Part shown: positions 1 through 10,435 of the stretch, in pieces
How positions within the stretch are numbered: the stretch's first letter is position 1
Layout: each line of letters begins with the position of its first letter
Origin: an uncultured Verrucomicrobiales bacterium
Lineage (GTDB): Bacteria; Verrucomicrobiota; Verrucomicrobiia; Verrucomicrobiales; Akkermansiaceae
Assembly (NCBI GenBank): GCA_937944055.1
Contig: CALDZJ010000045.1
Location: 55,659-119,658 of the forward strand
DNA: 64,000 nt
Direction: 5' to 3'
Made by a program: the position numbers and the translations under genes
The notes under the pieces: generated by a model
Database searches by the model: none
Told to the model about the DNA's origin: nothing
The model's input: only the letters and a program-made list of their open reading frames with translations

Positions 1-135
1 AGTCCGGGTTCCGTCAGCATTTGTCGGAGGGATATCATTCGAATGAATCACAACTAGCGTGTTGGGCTCTAATTTTTCAACAAGCTTGGCTCGGTTACGG
101 ACAAATAATTCAGGGTCGATTGGATCGTATCGCAT
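1..135 (-). CDS. Xaa-Pro aminopeptidase-like protein, N-terminal fragment (gene continues beyond window start)
   Basis: Minus-strand ATG at 133-135 is open to position 1. Translation MRYDPIDPELFVRNRAKLVEKLEPNTLVVIHSNDIPPTNADGTRT resembles the aminopeptidase-P/creatinase N-terminal domain. It is absent from the ORF track because it is truncated. Confidence 0.4.
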   Translation of the reverse strand, partial: MRYDPIDPELFVRNRAKLVEKLEPNTLVVIHSNDIPPTNADGTRT

Positions 136-209
136 GGCCTTTAATTCACTGAATTTCATCCTCACTTGCAAGCCGTAGTAAGAATTTATAGCTTTTTTAA
201 GACACACGA

Positions 210-455
210 ATGAAAACCTACGCCGCATGGCTCGCCAAACTCCGCAAGCGCGCTCAACCAAGTGGCACCCTCAGCCAATGGGCTGAGATTCTAGCAAAAA
301 AACAAGGAGGTGACGCCGGCATCTGGCGTGAACATTTGCGCGAGATTCTCGAAGAGGAAGAGCAAGCCTCACTCGACCTCATTCTAGATCTTGATCTCAT
401 CTCCGCACCTGCCCGCAAGGCCACCCCAGAAAATGAGCAAAGGTCTTTTTGGTAA
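210..455 (+). CDS. small hypothetical protein (81 aa)
   Basis: ORF with ATG start, no recognisable motif, and an acidic C-terminal half. A hairpin-rich 3' region and a terminator follow it. Confidence 0.3.
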   Translation: MKTYAAWLAKLRKRAQPSGTLSQWAEILAKKQGGDAGIWREHLREILEEEEQASLDLILDLDLISAPARKATPENEQRSFW

Positions 456-517
456 ACCCTGAGCGCTAGGCGCATCCGTAAGATGCTTACCCATAAGAGC
501 GCATCCGTAAGCGCTAG

Positions 518-555
518 AAAAAAAAAGCGCGAAGACCGAGGCCTCCGCGCTTTTT
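518..555. terminator. bidirectional rho-independent terminator between the 210..455 ORF and sucD
   Basis: An A9 run (518-526), a GC-rich hairpin gcgcgaagaccgaggcctccgcgc (527-550) and a T5 run (551-555) lie between convergent genes. Confidence 0.55.
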
Positions 556-577
556 GAAAAATAAGGCGATCAGCTTA

Positions 578-1483
578 TCACTTACCCCAAGCCTTCAGAA
601 GTGCTTGCCCCATTTCAGAAGGAGTCTCAGCAACCACGATCCCAGCATCACTCATGGCAGCCTTCTTAGCCTCGGCTGTTCCTTGACCACCAGAAACGAT
701 CGCTCCTGCATGCCCCATGCGGCGTCCCGGAGGCGCCGTGGCACCTGCAATAAACCCAGCGACAGGCTTCTTACAGTGATCCTTAATCCATGCAGCAGCC
801 TCCTCTTCTGCCGATCCCCCAATCTCACCAATCATAATGATCGCCTCGGTTTCGGGGTCCTCATTGAAGAGCTTGATAATGTCGAGATGAGAGGTGCCAT
901 TAATCGGATCTCCGCCAATTCCAACACAGGTACTTTGACCGTACCCGAGAGAAGTGACCTGCCAGACCGCCTCATAAGTCAGGGTGCCTGAGCGAGAAAG
1001 AATCCCCACATTTCCCTTCTTATGAATGTAGCCGGGCGCGATGCCGATGCGGCAACCACCGGTGGAGTCTGGCCCAGTTCCCGGAGTCACGATGCCCGGG
1101 CAATTTGGTCCAATGAGGCGCGTCTTTGATCCCCGCATGTATTCCTTCACACGCATCATATCCATCACTGGAATGCCTTCCGTGATGGCGACGATAAGAT
1201 CCACTCCGGCATCAACTGCCTCCAAGATCGCATCAGCCGCGAAGGGCGGTGGGACAAAAATCGCGGAAGTGGTGGCACCTGTCTCCTTCACCGCATCTGA
1301 TACGGTATCATAGACAGGGACCTTATGATCCGCGTGATCGAAGGTCTGACCTCCTTTTCCGGGGGTAACACCAGCGACGAGCGCAGTGCCATAATCGAGA
1401 CTTAAACCGGCGTGGCGACCGCCAAAACCACCGGTGATTCCTTGCACCAAAACCTTGGTGTCTGCATTTACGAGAATAGACAT
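578..1483 (-). CDS. sucD: succinyl-CoA synthetase (ADP-forming) alpha subunit
   Basis: 301 aa. It has the [19 protein letters not shown]-terminus, the SRSGTLTYE motif and the phosphohistidine loop GHAGAI. It lies immediately downstream of sucC. Confidence 0.95.
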   Translation of the reverse strand: MSILVNADTKVLVQGITGGFGGRHAGLSLDYGTALVAGVTPGKGGQTFDHADHKVPVYDTVSDAVKETGATTSAIFVPPPFAADAILEAVDAGVDLIVAITEGIPVMDMMRVKEYMRGSKTRLIGPNCPGIVTPGTGPDSTGGCRIGIAPGYIHKKGNVGILSRSGTLTYEAVWQVTSLGYGQSTCVGIGGDPINGTSHLDIIKLFNEDPETEAIIMIGEIGGSAEEEAAAWIKDHCKKPVAGFIAGATAPPGRRMGHAGAIVSGGQGTAEAKKAAMSDAGIVVAETPSEMGQALLKAWGK

Positions 1484-1507
1484 CTTATTAAAAATTGAGG
1501 TTTAGGT

Positions 1508-2686
1508 TTAGACAGAAGCGACTGCTTTTTTAGCGGCATCAGCGAGGTCATCAGCGCCTGTGATCGCCAGACCTGAGGCCTTCAGAGTTTCACGGCCAGC
1601 GGCCACATTATTCCCTTCAAGGCGGACAATGAGCGGAAGCTTTAGCCCCGTCTCTTGCACGGCGGCGACCACTCCTTCAGCAATCACATTACAGTCCATG
1701 ATCCCTCCGAAGATATTGATCAAAATAGCCTCCACCTTGGGGTCAGATTGAATGATATTAAAGGCACCCACGACCTGCTCCTTCGTCGCACCACCCCCCA
1801 CGTCGAGGAAGTTGGCAGGATCACCTCCCGCGAACTTGATGGCATCCATCGTCGCCATCGCAAGGCCAGCTCCATTCACGAGGCAAGCAATATTCCCATC
1901 AAGGCCGATGTAGCTCAGGTCAAATTCAGAGGCAGCCACCTCACGGGGATCCTCCTCCTCAGTATCGCGGTATGCGAGGACCTCGGGGTGACGATAAAGA
2001 GCATTATCATCGAAGCCAAACTTCGCATCGAGCGCCAAAACCTGACCATCCGTAGTCTCCACCAGTGGATTGATCTCTACCATGTCACAATCGAGCGAGA
2101 CAAAGAGCTTATAGAGATTCTTAAGCAACTTGCCGAACTCCTTAGCAGCGGGGCCTTGAAAACCAAGCGCCGCAGTGAGCTTACGCACCTCATATCCCTG
2201 TAAGCCTGCCAGCGGGTGAATGAGCTGCTTGATGATTTTTTCCGGGCGATTTTCAGCCACTTCCTCAATGTCCATTCCACCCTCGACCGAAGCCACAATC
2301 ACAGGCCGGCTAGTATCGCGATCCATCAACATGGAGAGATAATACTCATGCTTGATCTCTACCGCATCAGCCACCATCACCTTCCGCACGAGGCGGCCTT
2401 CCTCACCCGTCTGCTTAGTCACGAGAGTCTGGCCGATCATCTGGCCCGCGATCTCACCAATCTTGGCAGGATCCTTCGTGAGGTGCACTCCGCCCTCAAA
2501 GCCATTCTTAAACGTGCCCTTACCCCGCCCACCAGCGTGGACCTGAGCTTTCACGACCATAAGATCGGAGCCAATTTCTTCTGCGATGGCTTGCGCCGCT
2601 TCAGCTGACTCGGCCATTTGACCCCGTGGACTGGGGACTTCAAATCGGTCGAACAACTCCTTTGCCTGATATTCGTGGATATTCAT
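1508..2686 (-). CDS. sucC: succinyl-CoA synthetase beta subunit
   Basis: 392 aa. It has the [13 protein letters not shown]-terminus and an ATP-grasp plus CoA-ligase layout, and is paired with sucD 24 nt downstream. Confidence 0.95.
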   Translation of the reverse strand: MNIHEYQAKELFDRFEVPSPRGQMAESAEAAQAIAEEIGSDLMVVKAQVHAGGRGKGTFKNGFEGGVHLTKDPAKIGEIAGQMIGQTLVTKQTGEEGRLVRKVMVADAVEIKHEYYLSMLMDRDTSRPVIVASVEGGMDIEEVAENRPEKIIKQLIHPLAGLQGYEVRKLTAALGFQGPAAKEFGKLLKNLYKLFVSLDCDMVEINPLVETTDGQVLALDAKFGFDDNALYRHPEVLAYRDTEEEDPREVAASEFDLSYIGLDGNIACLVNGAGLAMATMDAIKFAGGDPANFLDVGGGATKEQVVGAFNIIQSDPKVEAILINIFGGIMDCNVIAEGVVAAVQETGLKLPLIVRLEGNNVAAGRETLKASGLAITGADDLADAAKKAVASV

Positions 2687-2884
2687 GCGGGAATCGGCTG
2701 AACGCTAACGCTCCAACTCTAGCGCGCAATGCTTAATCAAGGAAATTCGCTGGTCTGTCACTCAGATCACCCCTCTAAGCTTTTCTAACAGTGATCTCTC
2801 GCCCCCCTTATTAAACCGCATTAGAAAAAAAGCCCCCACCCCAAAATGAGGCAGAGGCCGTGTCATGAGCTCGTTAAAATCCGC

Positions 2885-3514
2885 TTAGCTCCGCTTTCGG
2901 CGCATCCCTAAGCCGATCACTCCCACCGCCGTTAAAATGAGAGAAGAAGGCTCTGGGATCGCCCCCAAGCTGCTCGCCCCCAAGAAATAATCTCCGGCGG
3001 CATTCCCAGGAGTGCCACTCGTCAATTGAATCGTCTCACCCAGCCCAATTTCTGAAACATCGATAAATTCATTATCGGTCCAGATCGAGGCTCCCTGCGC
3101 CACCGCATCGCGCACTCCATTCCCACCCCACAAGATGTAATCCTCAATCGCAGCAGACACTCCAAAAGTATTGTTATTATAGAGTCCCAGCTCACCACTC
3201 GCATCAGGCAGGAAACTCGAGGCAATGTCTAAGACCAATATATCACCCGCACCAAAACCAGACAGAGTCCCCGTAGAGAGCCCGGCATCAACCGTAGAGT
3301 TTCCAGTGCCGATTCGACTGTAAAAAGGGCTTCCGTTCACCCGGTTACACCACCAGTAGTCCGTAAGATCGATCGAGGCATCTCCGGTATTCACCAATTC
3401 CACCCGATTATTCGCTAGGTCAATCTCACTAATGATCACCACAGCATCAGCCATTCCAGCTCCCCCCAAAGAAGCCGCTAAGACCCCTGCTAACTTATTA
3501 TTTAAATAGGACAT
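2885..3514 (-). CDS. secreted lamin-tail-domain (LTD)-like protein with PEP-CTERM sorting signal
   Basis: It has an N-terminal signal peptide and an LTD-like stretch ISEIDLANNRVELVNTGDASIDLTDYWW. The C-terminus AIPEPSSLILTAVGVIGLGMRRKRS has the PEP motif, a TM helix and a basic tail. Confidence 0.8.
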   Translation of the reverse strand: MSYLNNKLAGVLAASLGGAGMADAVVIISEIDLANNRVELVNTGDASIDLTDYWWCNRVNGSPFYSRIGTGNSTVDAGLSTGTLSGFGAGDILVLDIASSFLPDASGELGLYNNNTFGVSAAIEDYILWGGNGVRDAVAQGASIWTDNEFIDVSEIGLGETIQLTSGTPGNAAGDYFLGASSLGAIPEPSSLILTAVGVIGLGMRRKRS

Positions 3515-3786
3515 TTCTTAATTTTGATTTCCGGCGATCTTCTAGATTGGAAAAACCACCACTCTCCTGAGAGTTCGAACATCGCACTTTATTCTCGGGA
3601 AATTGAAAAAAAATAGCCCCCCCAGCAAGCCCCACCCCCTTTCCCCTCCGAATTTCTATCCCCTCCCTCCTCCTCCCAAAAAAAATTGGTGCAGCCCCAG
3701 AAATCTTGCGCCATTTTCTATTCGAATGCATCAGGCCAAAAAGAAAATCCTTTGCATCCTCGTCCTCCAAAGCCTAAGTCCGCCTC

Positions 3787-6363
3787 GTGTCTAAGACTCT
3801 CATCATCGCCGAGAAACCCTCCGTCGCCACGGATCTCTCCAAAGCCCTCACCAAAACTCTCGGCAAATTCGAGAAGAAAGGGAAGTCCCGTGATGCCCAG
3901 TATTTCGAAAACGATAAGGCCATGATCACCTCCGCCGTCGGTCACCTCATCGAGCTAAAAATGCCCACCGGACCCAACGGCAAAAACCTTCCGTGGAAGT
4001 TCGATGTCCTCCCCGCCATCCCCTCAAGCTTCGCCCTCCAACCCATCGAGCAATCCGAAGGCCGCCTCAAGCACGTCCTCAAACTCGCCCGTAAAAAAGA
4101 AGTCACCCAAATCGTGAACGCCTGTGATGCCGGCCGCGAAGGTGAACTCATCTTCCAATACATCATGGACTACGGGAAGATCGATAAACCCGTCAAACGA
4201 CTCTGGATGCAGTCCATGACCACCGGCGCCATCCAAGAAGCCTGGGCCCACCTCCGCAAAGGCGAAGAAATGTCAAACCTCTCCGACGCCGCAAAGTGCC
4301 GCTCGGAATCCGACTGGCTCGTCGGCCTTAACTCCACCCGCGCCCTCACCTGCTTCCGCTCCCGCCACGGTGGCTTTAACATCACCGCCGCCGGCCGCGT
4401 CCAGACCCCCACCCTCGCCATCCTCGCCAAGCGCGAGAAAGAAATCCAAGCCTTCAAATCCACCCCCTACGCCGAAGTCCACGGGACCTTCGGCGTCGCC
4501 GCCGGAGAATACGAAGGCAAGTGGGTCGACCTCAACTTCAAGAAAAGCGAAGAACAACCCCACGGCCGCGCCGAGCGCATCTGGGACAAGAGCCGCGCAA
4601 AAACCATCACCGAGCGCTGCCAGGGTAAAACCGGCATCGTCACCGAGGAGAAAAAGCCCACCAAACAAATCGCCCCCCAACTCTACGACCTCACCACCCT
4701 CCAGCGAGAAGCCCCCTTCACCGCAAAAAACACCCTCGGACTCGCCCAGACTCTCTACGAGCGTCACAAAATGATCACCTATCCGCGAACCGACTCCCGC
4801 TACCTCCCAGAGGACTACATGGAGAACGTGAAACAAATCGTCGCCGACCTCGCCCAATCCACTTCCGACCTCGCCGACTGGGCCAAGGACGCCCTCAAAA
4901 ACGACCGCCTCAAATTCCAAAAGCGCATCTTTAATAACGCAAAAGTCTCCGATCACTTCGCCATCATCCCCACCGGCCGCGTCGTCAAGCTCGATGAACC
5001 CGCCGCCAAGCTTTACGACATGATCGTAAAGCGCTTCCTCGCCGTCTTCTTCCCCCACGCCGAGTTCGAGGTCACCAAGCGCCTCACCACCATCGACCAC
5101 GGCTCAGAAAAAGACACCTTCCGCACCGATGGTAAAATCCTCGTCGTCCCCGGCTGGCTCTCCGTCTACGGACGCAAGCCCGGCGTCGGCGCAGGCAAAG
5201 ATGAACTCTGCATCGTCCAAGAAGGAGAAGACGCAAAGGCCATCTCCATCGAGATGCTCGAAAAGGAAACCAACCCACCCGCCCGCTTCACCGAATCCAC
5301 CCTCCTCTCCGCCATGGAAGGCGCTGGAAAACTCGTCGATGACGATGAACTTCGCGAAGCGATGTCCGAGCGTGGCCTTGGCACTCCCGCCACTCGTGCC
5401 GCCACCATCGAGGGCCTCCTTCGTCAAAAATACCTCACCCGTGATGGCCGCGAACTCATTGCCACCGGCAAAGGCGTCCGCCTCATCGACCTCCTCGAAG
5501 AAATGGAAGTCAAGCCCCTCACCAGCCCTGAGATGACCGGCGACTGGGAGGCCAAACTTCACCGCATGGAAAAAGGCGAACTCGCCCGTGACACCTTCAT
5601 GGACGAGATCAAAAAATTCACCGAAAGCGTCGTCCAAAAAGCCCGCGGCCACTACGAGGAAATCATCTCACGTCCCTTTGACGACCTCAAATGCGTCTGC
5701 CCGAACTGCGGCGCGCCTGAACTCAAACAAACCGATGCCACCTACGAGTGCCGCGAAGCGGATTGCGGCTTCCGCATCTCAAAATACATCGCCGGGCGCC
5801 TCCTCACCACCGACGAGGCAAAGGAACTCTTCACCACCAAATTCCTAGAACAGCGCGAAGGCTTCGTCTCCCGCTTCAACCGTCCCTTCGAAGCCGCCCT
5901 TGAACTCTCACAAGCCGTTTCCAAAACCGGAAAAAAAGGAAAATGGAAACTCGGCTTCGTCTTCGACTCAGACCTCGAATCCGTCGATGACCTCACCGAT
6001 GATCAACTCATCAAAGAACTCACCCTTAGCAACGGCAAGACCGCCAAACTCTACGAGACCGAAAAAGCCTTCATGGTTCCTCAGCTCACCAGCAAGGACA
6101 GCCCAGACGGCTTCCGCCTCGGCAAAACAATCCTCCAAAAGGAACTCAGCGCTACCGACGTCGAAAAAATGCTCACCGCCGGCAAGACCGACCTCCTCCC
6201 CGGCTTCATCTCAAAGAAGACCAAGCGCGCCTTCGCCGCCCACCTCACCCTCGACCCCGAGACCGCCAAAATCGGCTTCGAATTCGCCCCCAGACCCGCT
6301 AAAAAAGGAGCCAAAAAAGCTGCCAAGAAAGCCGCTAAGAAAAGCCCCGAAAAAGAGCAGTAA
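3787..6363 (+). CDS. topB: DNA topoisomerase III (type IA) with extended C-terminal zinc-ribbon and Lys-rich tail
   Basis: 858 aa with a GTG start. It has the Toprim N-terminus [10 protein letters not shown] and the active-site Tyr region [13 protein letters not shown], typical of TopB. The C-terminus carries CPNCGAPEL...YECREADCG and the tail [15 protein letters not shown]. Confidence 0.9.
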   Translation: MSKTLIIAEKPSVATDLSKALTKTLGKFEKKGKSRDAQYFENDKAMITSAVGHLIELKMPTGPNGKNLPWKFDVLPAIPSSFALQPIEQSEGRLKHVLKLARKKEVTQIVNACDAGREGELIFQYIMDYGKIDKPVKRLWMQSMTTGAIQEAWAHLRKGEEMSNLSDAAKCRSESDWLVGLNSTRALTCFRSRHGGFNITAAGRVQTPTLAILAKREKEIQAFKSTPYAEVHGTFGVAAGEYEGKWVDLNFKKSEEQPHGRAERIWDKSRAKTITERCQGKTGIVTEEKKPTKQIAPQLYDLTTLQREAPFTAKNTLGLAQTLYERHKMITYPRTDSRYLPEDYMENVKQIVADLAQSTSDLADWAKDALKNDRLKFQKRIFNNAKVSDHFAIIPTGRVVKLDEPAAKLYDMIVKRFLAVFFPHAEFEVTKRLTTIDHGSEKDTFRTDGKILVVPGWLSVYGRKPGVGAGKDELCIVQEGEDAKAISIEMLEKETNPPARFTESTLLSAMEGAGKLVDDDELREAMSERGLGTPATRAATIEGLLRQKYLTRDGRELIATGKGVRLIDLLEEMEVKPLTSPEMTGDWEAKLHRMEKGELARDTFMDEIKKFTESVVQKARGHYEEIISRPFDDLKCVCPNCGAPELKQTDATYECREADCGFRISKYIAGRLLTTDEAKELFTTKFLEQREGFVSRFNRPFEAALELSQAVSKTGKKGKWKLGFVFDSDLESVDDLTDDQLIKELTLSNGKTAKLYETEKAFMVPQLTSKDSPDGFRLGKTILQKELSATDVEKMLTAGKTDLLPGFISKKTKRAFAAHLTLDPETAKIGFEFAPRPAKKGAKKAAKKAAKKSPEKEQ

Positions 6364-6364
6364 T

Positions 6365-6553
6365 CTAGCGAAACTGCCCAGCCTCCTCGGAAAAATAATA
6401 CCCCCCCTCAGCGAGCCGAGCAAGCAAGGCCGGCTCCTCCAGCCCATGCGTCTTACAAAGATCATCCAGCGAGCTCGCATTATTCCGTAGCTCAGTATTC
6501 ACCAGCCCCACCAAAAGATGCGGATCCATCGTCGCGAATGTTTGCAGCTTCAT
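6365..6553 (-). CDS. DUF4250-family small protein
   Basis: 62 aa. MDPHLLVGLVNTELRNNASSLDDLCKTHGLEEPALLARL matches my recollection of the DUF4250 pattern (DP.mLl..vNtkLRd.y.sLd.lC). Confidence 0.6.
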   Translation of the reverse strand: MKLQTFATMDPHLLVGLVNTELRNNASSLDDLCKTHGLEEPALLARLAEGGYYFSEEAGQFR

Positions 6554-6664
6554 CTCAGAACCCGCAATAAGGCCGAATCAAGTTGACAGCCAGCGGATTT
6601 TACAGCACCAAGCCGCCCGCGTGGCGTCGGTAACGTCCCGCACCCTAACTTTTAAGGGCATCCC

Positions 6665-6934
6665 ATGAAAAAAGACATCCATCCTGACTACCACCCCGTA
6701 GTCTTCGCAGACATGACCACCGGTCACCGCTATATCACCCGCTCCACCGCTAAGTCTGACAAGACTGAAGAGATCGACGGCGTAGAACATTTCGTGATTT
6801 CGATGGGCCTCACCGCAGACTCCCACCCCTTCTACACCGGTCAAAGCACCTTCGTGGATACCGAGGGACGCATCGACAAGTTCCAAAAGCGTTTTGGCGC
6901 CGTCCGCCGCGCCAAGAAGCCCGCCCGCGGCTAA
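6665..6934 (+). CDS. rpmE2: 50S ribosomal protein L31, type B (zinc-independent, C-minus form)
   Basis: [14 protein letters not shown]...DSHPFYTGQ...[11 protein letters not shown]. Both CxxC pairs of type-A L31 are absent (TADSHPF replaces CxxCHPF). Confidence 0.9.
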   Translation: MKKDIHPDYHPVVFADMTTGHRYITRSTAKSDKTEEIDGVEHFVISMGLTADSHPFYTGQSTFVDTEGRIDKFQKRFGAVRRAKKPARG

Positions 6935-6985
6935 ACGAAGGAAGTCTCCACGAATTCTTCTCTTCGATCCTATTTTTTTTTCAAA

Positions 6986-7013
6986 GGCGACTCTTCCCAG
7001 AGTCGCCTTTTTT
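6986..7013 (+). terminator. rho-independent terminator of rpmE2
   Basis: A perfect 9-bp stem ggcgactct/agagtcgcc with loop tccc is followed by TTTTTT. Confidence 0.8.
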
Positions 7014-7033
7014 ATTGATACAAAAAAACCATC

Positions 7034-7285
7034 ATGGACGAAACGCTCGAAAAATTACTCCCCGCCATCGAGGAGCAACTCTCCTCGCCAGAAACGCCCT
7101 ACGTCCGTGCAGCCTATCAGCGCATTCTAGAGGAACCTGACATCCAAGAAGACGAGGCCAAGGCCATGCTCGCCTTCTGTCTCGCCGATGAAATCGAAGC
7201 CATGATGACACAACAGCGCCCCTTTGACTCCGAGCGCTATCAACTCATCCTCAGCCTCCTCCCCACCATGCCGGAAGGACGTTGA
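7034..7285 (+). CDS. hypothetical acidic protein (83 aa)
   Basis: ORF with ATG start and window-typical codon usage. No motif recognised. Confidence 0.4.
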   Translation: MDETLEKLLPAIEEQLSSPETPYVRAAYQRILEEPDIQEDEAKAMLAFCLADEIEAMMTQQRPFDSERYQLILSLLPTMPEGR

Positions 7286-7354
7286 TTACAAAACAAGCCT
7301 CCTTTTCTCACCGATTCTCTGCGATAAACCTCCCCCCAGCCTCGCCTAACAGAC

Positions 7355-7909
7355 ATGAACGACTCTCCAGCCCTCCCCACTCGGCGCTCCCGCCGCCCCC
7401 TCATCATCGCCCTCATTCTCTTTCTCACCATCGGACTCGCCGCCGGTGGCACCCTCTGGTGGTGGCAAAATCGTAAAATCGAGCCCGTCCTCCTCAGCCA
7501 AACCGAAAAGGTGGAATTAGAAGAACGCATGTACGAAAAAGGGAAAAAATCCTTCATTCTCACCGAGCGAGAAATCAACGGCCTCATCCACTCAAACACC
7601 AAACTCGGCGAGGACCTAAAAATCGAGCTCGCGACCGATGCCATCCACCTCAGAATCAAAACAACCCTCGATCCAGAAGTCCCCATCCTCGGAGGCAAAA
7701 CGGTCAAAGCCAGAGCGCGTCTCATTGCCTCAAATGAGGAAGGACTCGTCATTGATGACCTCACCGTCTACGGCATCTCCTTGCCCAATGCCTGGATCGG
7801 GAACCTCAAGGGCATAAGTCTCTTCTCAGCCTTAGAGGAGCAACTCCCCGCTGGAGTGAAATCGATCGAAGTCCGCAATGGCGAAATGCACGTCGAGCTA
7901 GAAGAATAA
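7355..7909 (+). CDS. hypothetical membrane-anchored protein
   Basis: 184 aa. It has a basic N-terminus, one TM helix (LIIALILFLTIGLAAGGTLWWW) and a soluble domain of unknown function. Confidence 0.5.
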   Translation: MNDSPALPTRRSRRPLIIALILFLTIGLAAGGTLWWWQNRKIEPVLLSQTEKVELEERMYEKGKKSFILTEREINGLIHSNTKLGEDLKIELATDAIHLRIKTTLDPEVPILGGKTVKARARLIASNEEGLVIDDLTVYGISLPNAWIGNLKGISLFSALEEQLPAGVKSIEVRNGEMHVELEE

Positions 7910-8044
7910 TCCCTGCAAAATTATCCGAAGCAGGCTTTGACAAAAATCCCCCCCCTCTAAGAACCCACAACCCAATAAACGAAAGTTCCCTTCTCCACGA
8001 AATTGGACTTTCGTGATCGCTCGATCCAACATAGGCTACCGCCG

Positions 8045-8881
8045 ATGGGCATCTTCGATAAACCTCGGCTCAAGCGCTCCAACAAAGGAGGCGATAGCGT
8101 TCCTGATGATCTTTGGACCAAGTGTCCCGACTGCGGGGAAATGATCCACACCCTCGATCTGAAGCAAAACGACCTCGTCTGCACGAACTGCGCCCACCAC
8201 TTCCTCATGGGAGCCTATGACAGATTCGAACTTATTGCCGATGAAGGAAGCTTCGAGGAAACCGAGAAAGACCTCATTTCTACAAACCCCCTCGGCTTCG
8301 CCAAATACGCCGAAAAAACCGAACTCCTTCGTAAAAAAACCGGCCTTAACGACGCCGTCGTCACCGGCAAACTCACCATCAACGGCAATCCAGCCGTCGC
8401 CGCCGTCATGGACTTTAAATTCTTTGCCGGCTCCATGGGCTCCGTCGTCGGAGAAAAAATCACCCGCGCCATCGAGCTGGCCACCGCAGAAAAACGCGGC
8501 ATCATCATCTTCTCCTCATCTTCTGGTGCCCGCATGCAGGAAGGCATGCTCTCCCTCATGCAAATGGCAAAAACCTGCGGCGCACTCGCTCTACATTCCG
8601 AGGCCCGCCTCCCTTTCATCTCCGTCTTCACCCACCCCACCACCGGCGGCGTCACCGCCTCCTTCGCCACAATTGGCGATATCAATATCGCCGAGCCAAA
8701 GTGCATGATCGGCTTCGCGGGCCCCCGAGTCGTGAAAGAAACGACCCACCAAGACCTCCCTCCCGGCTTCCAAACCGCCGAGTTCATGCTCGAGCATGGC
8801 CTAGTCGATGCCATCGTCCAACGCCGCGACCTGCGTAAAAAACTCGCTAGCATCTTAAGCTACACCTTAGCCAAAAAATAA
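8045..8881 (+). CDS. accD: acetyl-CoA carboxylase carboxyltransferase beta subunit
   Basis: It has the N-terminal zinc ribbon CPDCGEMIHTLDLKQNDLVCTNC followed by a carboxyltransferase domain. The ORF track starts at TTG 8003. ATG 8045 (MGIFDKPR) is the more likely start. Confidence 0.9.
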   Translation: MGIFDKPRLKRSNKGGDSVPDDLWTKCPDCGEMIHTLDLKQNDLVCTNCAHHFLMGAYDRFELIADEGSFEETEKDLISTNPLGFAKYAEKTELLRKKTGLNDAVVTGKLTINGNPAVAAVMDFKFFAGSMGSVVGEKITRAIELATAEKRGIIIFSSSSGARMQEGMLSLMQMAKTCGALALHSEARLPFISVFTHPTTGGVTASFATIGDINIAEPKCMIGFAGPRVVKETTHQDLPPGFQTAEFMLEHGLVDAIVQRRDLRKKLASILSYTLAKK

Positions 8882-8944
8882 GACTGAGGCATGCCCCACG
8901 ATCACAGCACTCGGGCTGAGATCGACACAAGCTGACACCACACA

Positions 8945-10375
8945 CTACTCGCGAGTGAGGACTCTTGCCACACTCGCATTGCCACTCCGGCCCACCGCGC
9001 TGACCGCAATCGCATCCGGCACCCCCTTCAGCCTGATCTTTGTACCCACCGTCACCGTCCGAGTCCGCCAAACCCGCCCAGTCCGCGACTGAACCGCATA
9101 CTTTTGGCAGCCCGGCACCGCGCTCCACGCAATCGAAACATCCCCGCCGGAGACCACCGCATTCACACCAGGACTCGCCGGCACCACTCGGCTCACCCAA
9201 GGCATAGGAGGCACCAAAGCAGGCTCCTGATAAAAATTCTGCATCAATGCCCCATTCACTCCACCTCGATTTTTCATCAGCGAGTCCATACTCCAAAAAA
9301 CATGCCCCACATAGTTTTTACCCACCGTGCGTGAAAGCGAAACCTGATTCACAATCTCACTCACCGGTCGCCCCGGATCCTCGCTCGAATTAATACGAGC
9401 AGTCGAGATTCCCGGCCACACCGGCCGACTCCCCTGCCCCCGCCACCAAGCAAGAAGCCGACTATAACTCTGCTCACTATTGATCCGCCAATAAAGCTGC
9501 GGTGAAAGATAATCACACCACCCCTCCCGCAACCATTTCCGTGAATCTGCCGAGAGATGATGATAAGCATCAATCCGCGCCGTAGTTCCAGCTGGCACCC
9601 CCGGACGCCAAATCCCAAAAGGACTAATCCCCACCCGCACCCAAGGCTTCTTCGCCTTCACCCTCGCATACATCTGCTTCACAAAGCGATCCACCGCCCC
9701 CCTCCGCGCCGCCGGAGACTTCCCATCTGGAAAGATCTGCTTCGCCCGCCCCTGCTTATCAACATCAGGATAAGGATAAAAATAATCATCAATATGCACT
9801 CCATCCACATCATATCGACTCACCACATCCATAATCACCGAGAGAGCCCTCCTCTGCGTGAAAGAACTAGAAGGATCCATCCAGCGATAATTCTTAAAAT
9901 CACGAATCACCGAGGGATTGGTCCGCACCACATGATTCCGAGCAGTCGCCATATCTTTATTAGGCAAGGCCCGGAAAGGATTAAACCAAGCATGCACCTC
10001 GATCCCCCGCGCATGCGCCTGCTCGATGCAATAAGCCAGAGGATCATAGCCCGGCGAGCGCCCCTGCGCCCCACTCACCCAATGACTCCACGGCTCCAAG
10101 CGGGATTGATAAACCGCATCGGCATTCGGACGAACCTGAAAAATAATCGCATTCATCTTCATCGAGGCCAAGCGATCCAAGATCGCCCGCATCTCAGCCC
10201 GCTGAGCCTCCGCCCCCAGCCCCTTACGGGAAGGCCAATCAATATGATAAACACAAGCCACCCAAGCCGCCCGAAACTCACGAGGAAGCATCGGAGCCCG
10301 CTCCGCAGAAGGCGCATATCGCTGCCCCGCCGCCACACCGAGCAACATCACCAAAACCAAAAAATTCTTTAACAT
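8945..10375 (-). CDS. secreted glycosyl-hydrolase-like family 10 (GHL10/DUF187, YngK-like) protein
   Basis: 476 aa with a signal peptide. It shows RAAWVACVYHIDWPS, EVHAWFNPF and a TIM-barrel-like pattern typical of DUF187, plus a C-terminal beta-rich domain. Confidence 0.65.
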   Translation of the reverse strand: MLKNFLVLVMLLGVAAGQRYAPSAERAPMLPREFRAAWVACVYHIDWPSRKGLGAEAQRAEMRAILDRLASMKMNAIIFQVRPNADAVYQSRLEPWSHWVSGAQGRSPGYDPLAYCIEQAHARGIEVHAWFNPFRALPNKDMATARNHVVRTNPSVIRDFKNYRWMDPSSSFTQRRALSVIMDVVSRYDVDGVHIDDYFYPYPDVDKQGRAKQIFPDGKSPAARRGAVDRFVKQMYARVKAKKPWVRVGISPFGIWRPGVPAGTTARIDAYHHLSADSRKWLREGWCDYLSPQLYWRINSEQSYSRLLAWWRGQGSRPVWPGISTARINSSEDPGRPVSEIVNQVSLSRTVGKNYVGHVFWSMDSLMKNRGGVNGALMQNFYQEPALVPPMPWVSRVVPASPGVNAVVSGGDVSIAWSAVPGCQKYAVQSRTGRVWRTRTVTVGTKIRLKGVPDAIAVSAVGRSGNASVARVLTRE

Positions 10376-10435
10376 TTGTTAAGATCTTTCGTCCATCCCC
10401 CGAAAAATCAAGGGAAATCCCCCATGCTCCATCAC

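Noticed and set aside
463-516. Direct repeat gcgcatccgtaag (470-482 and 499-511) with small hairpins (gcatc-cgtaa-gatgc; agcgc-atccgtaa-gcgct), considered as REP-like elements for the RayT-like protein.
   Set aside because: There are only two short copies and no GTAG-type head. They sit directly before a strong terminator and 10 kb from the HUH gene. A genome-wide count would be needed, and the evidence in this window is insufficient.
9557-10372. A 271-aa plus-strand ORF antisense to the GHL10 gene. It is one of many long antisense ORFs, for example 4273..5100, 5104..5652, 16015..16542, 29835..30560, 33531..34115, 51159..51935, 53427..54077 and 57219..57857.
   Set aside because: Their translations are low-complexity (Arg/Pro/His/Ser- or Gly/Glu/Val-rich) and lack motifs. 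They always mirror a well-supported gene on the other strand. They are explained by the strong C/G-ending codon bias, which depletes the sense codons TTA, CTA and TCA and therefore depletes stops in the antisense frame.
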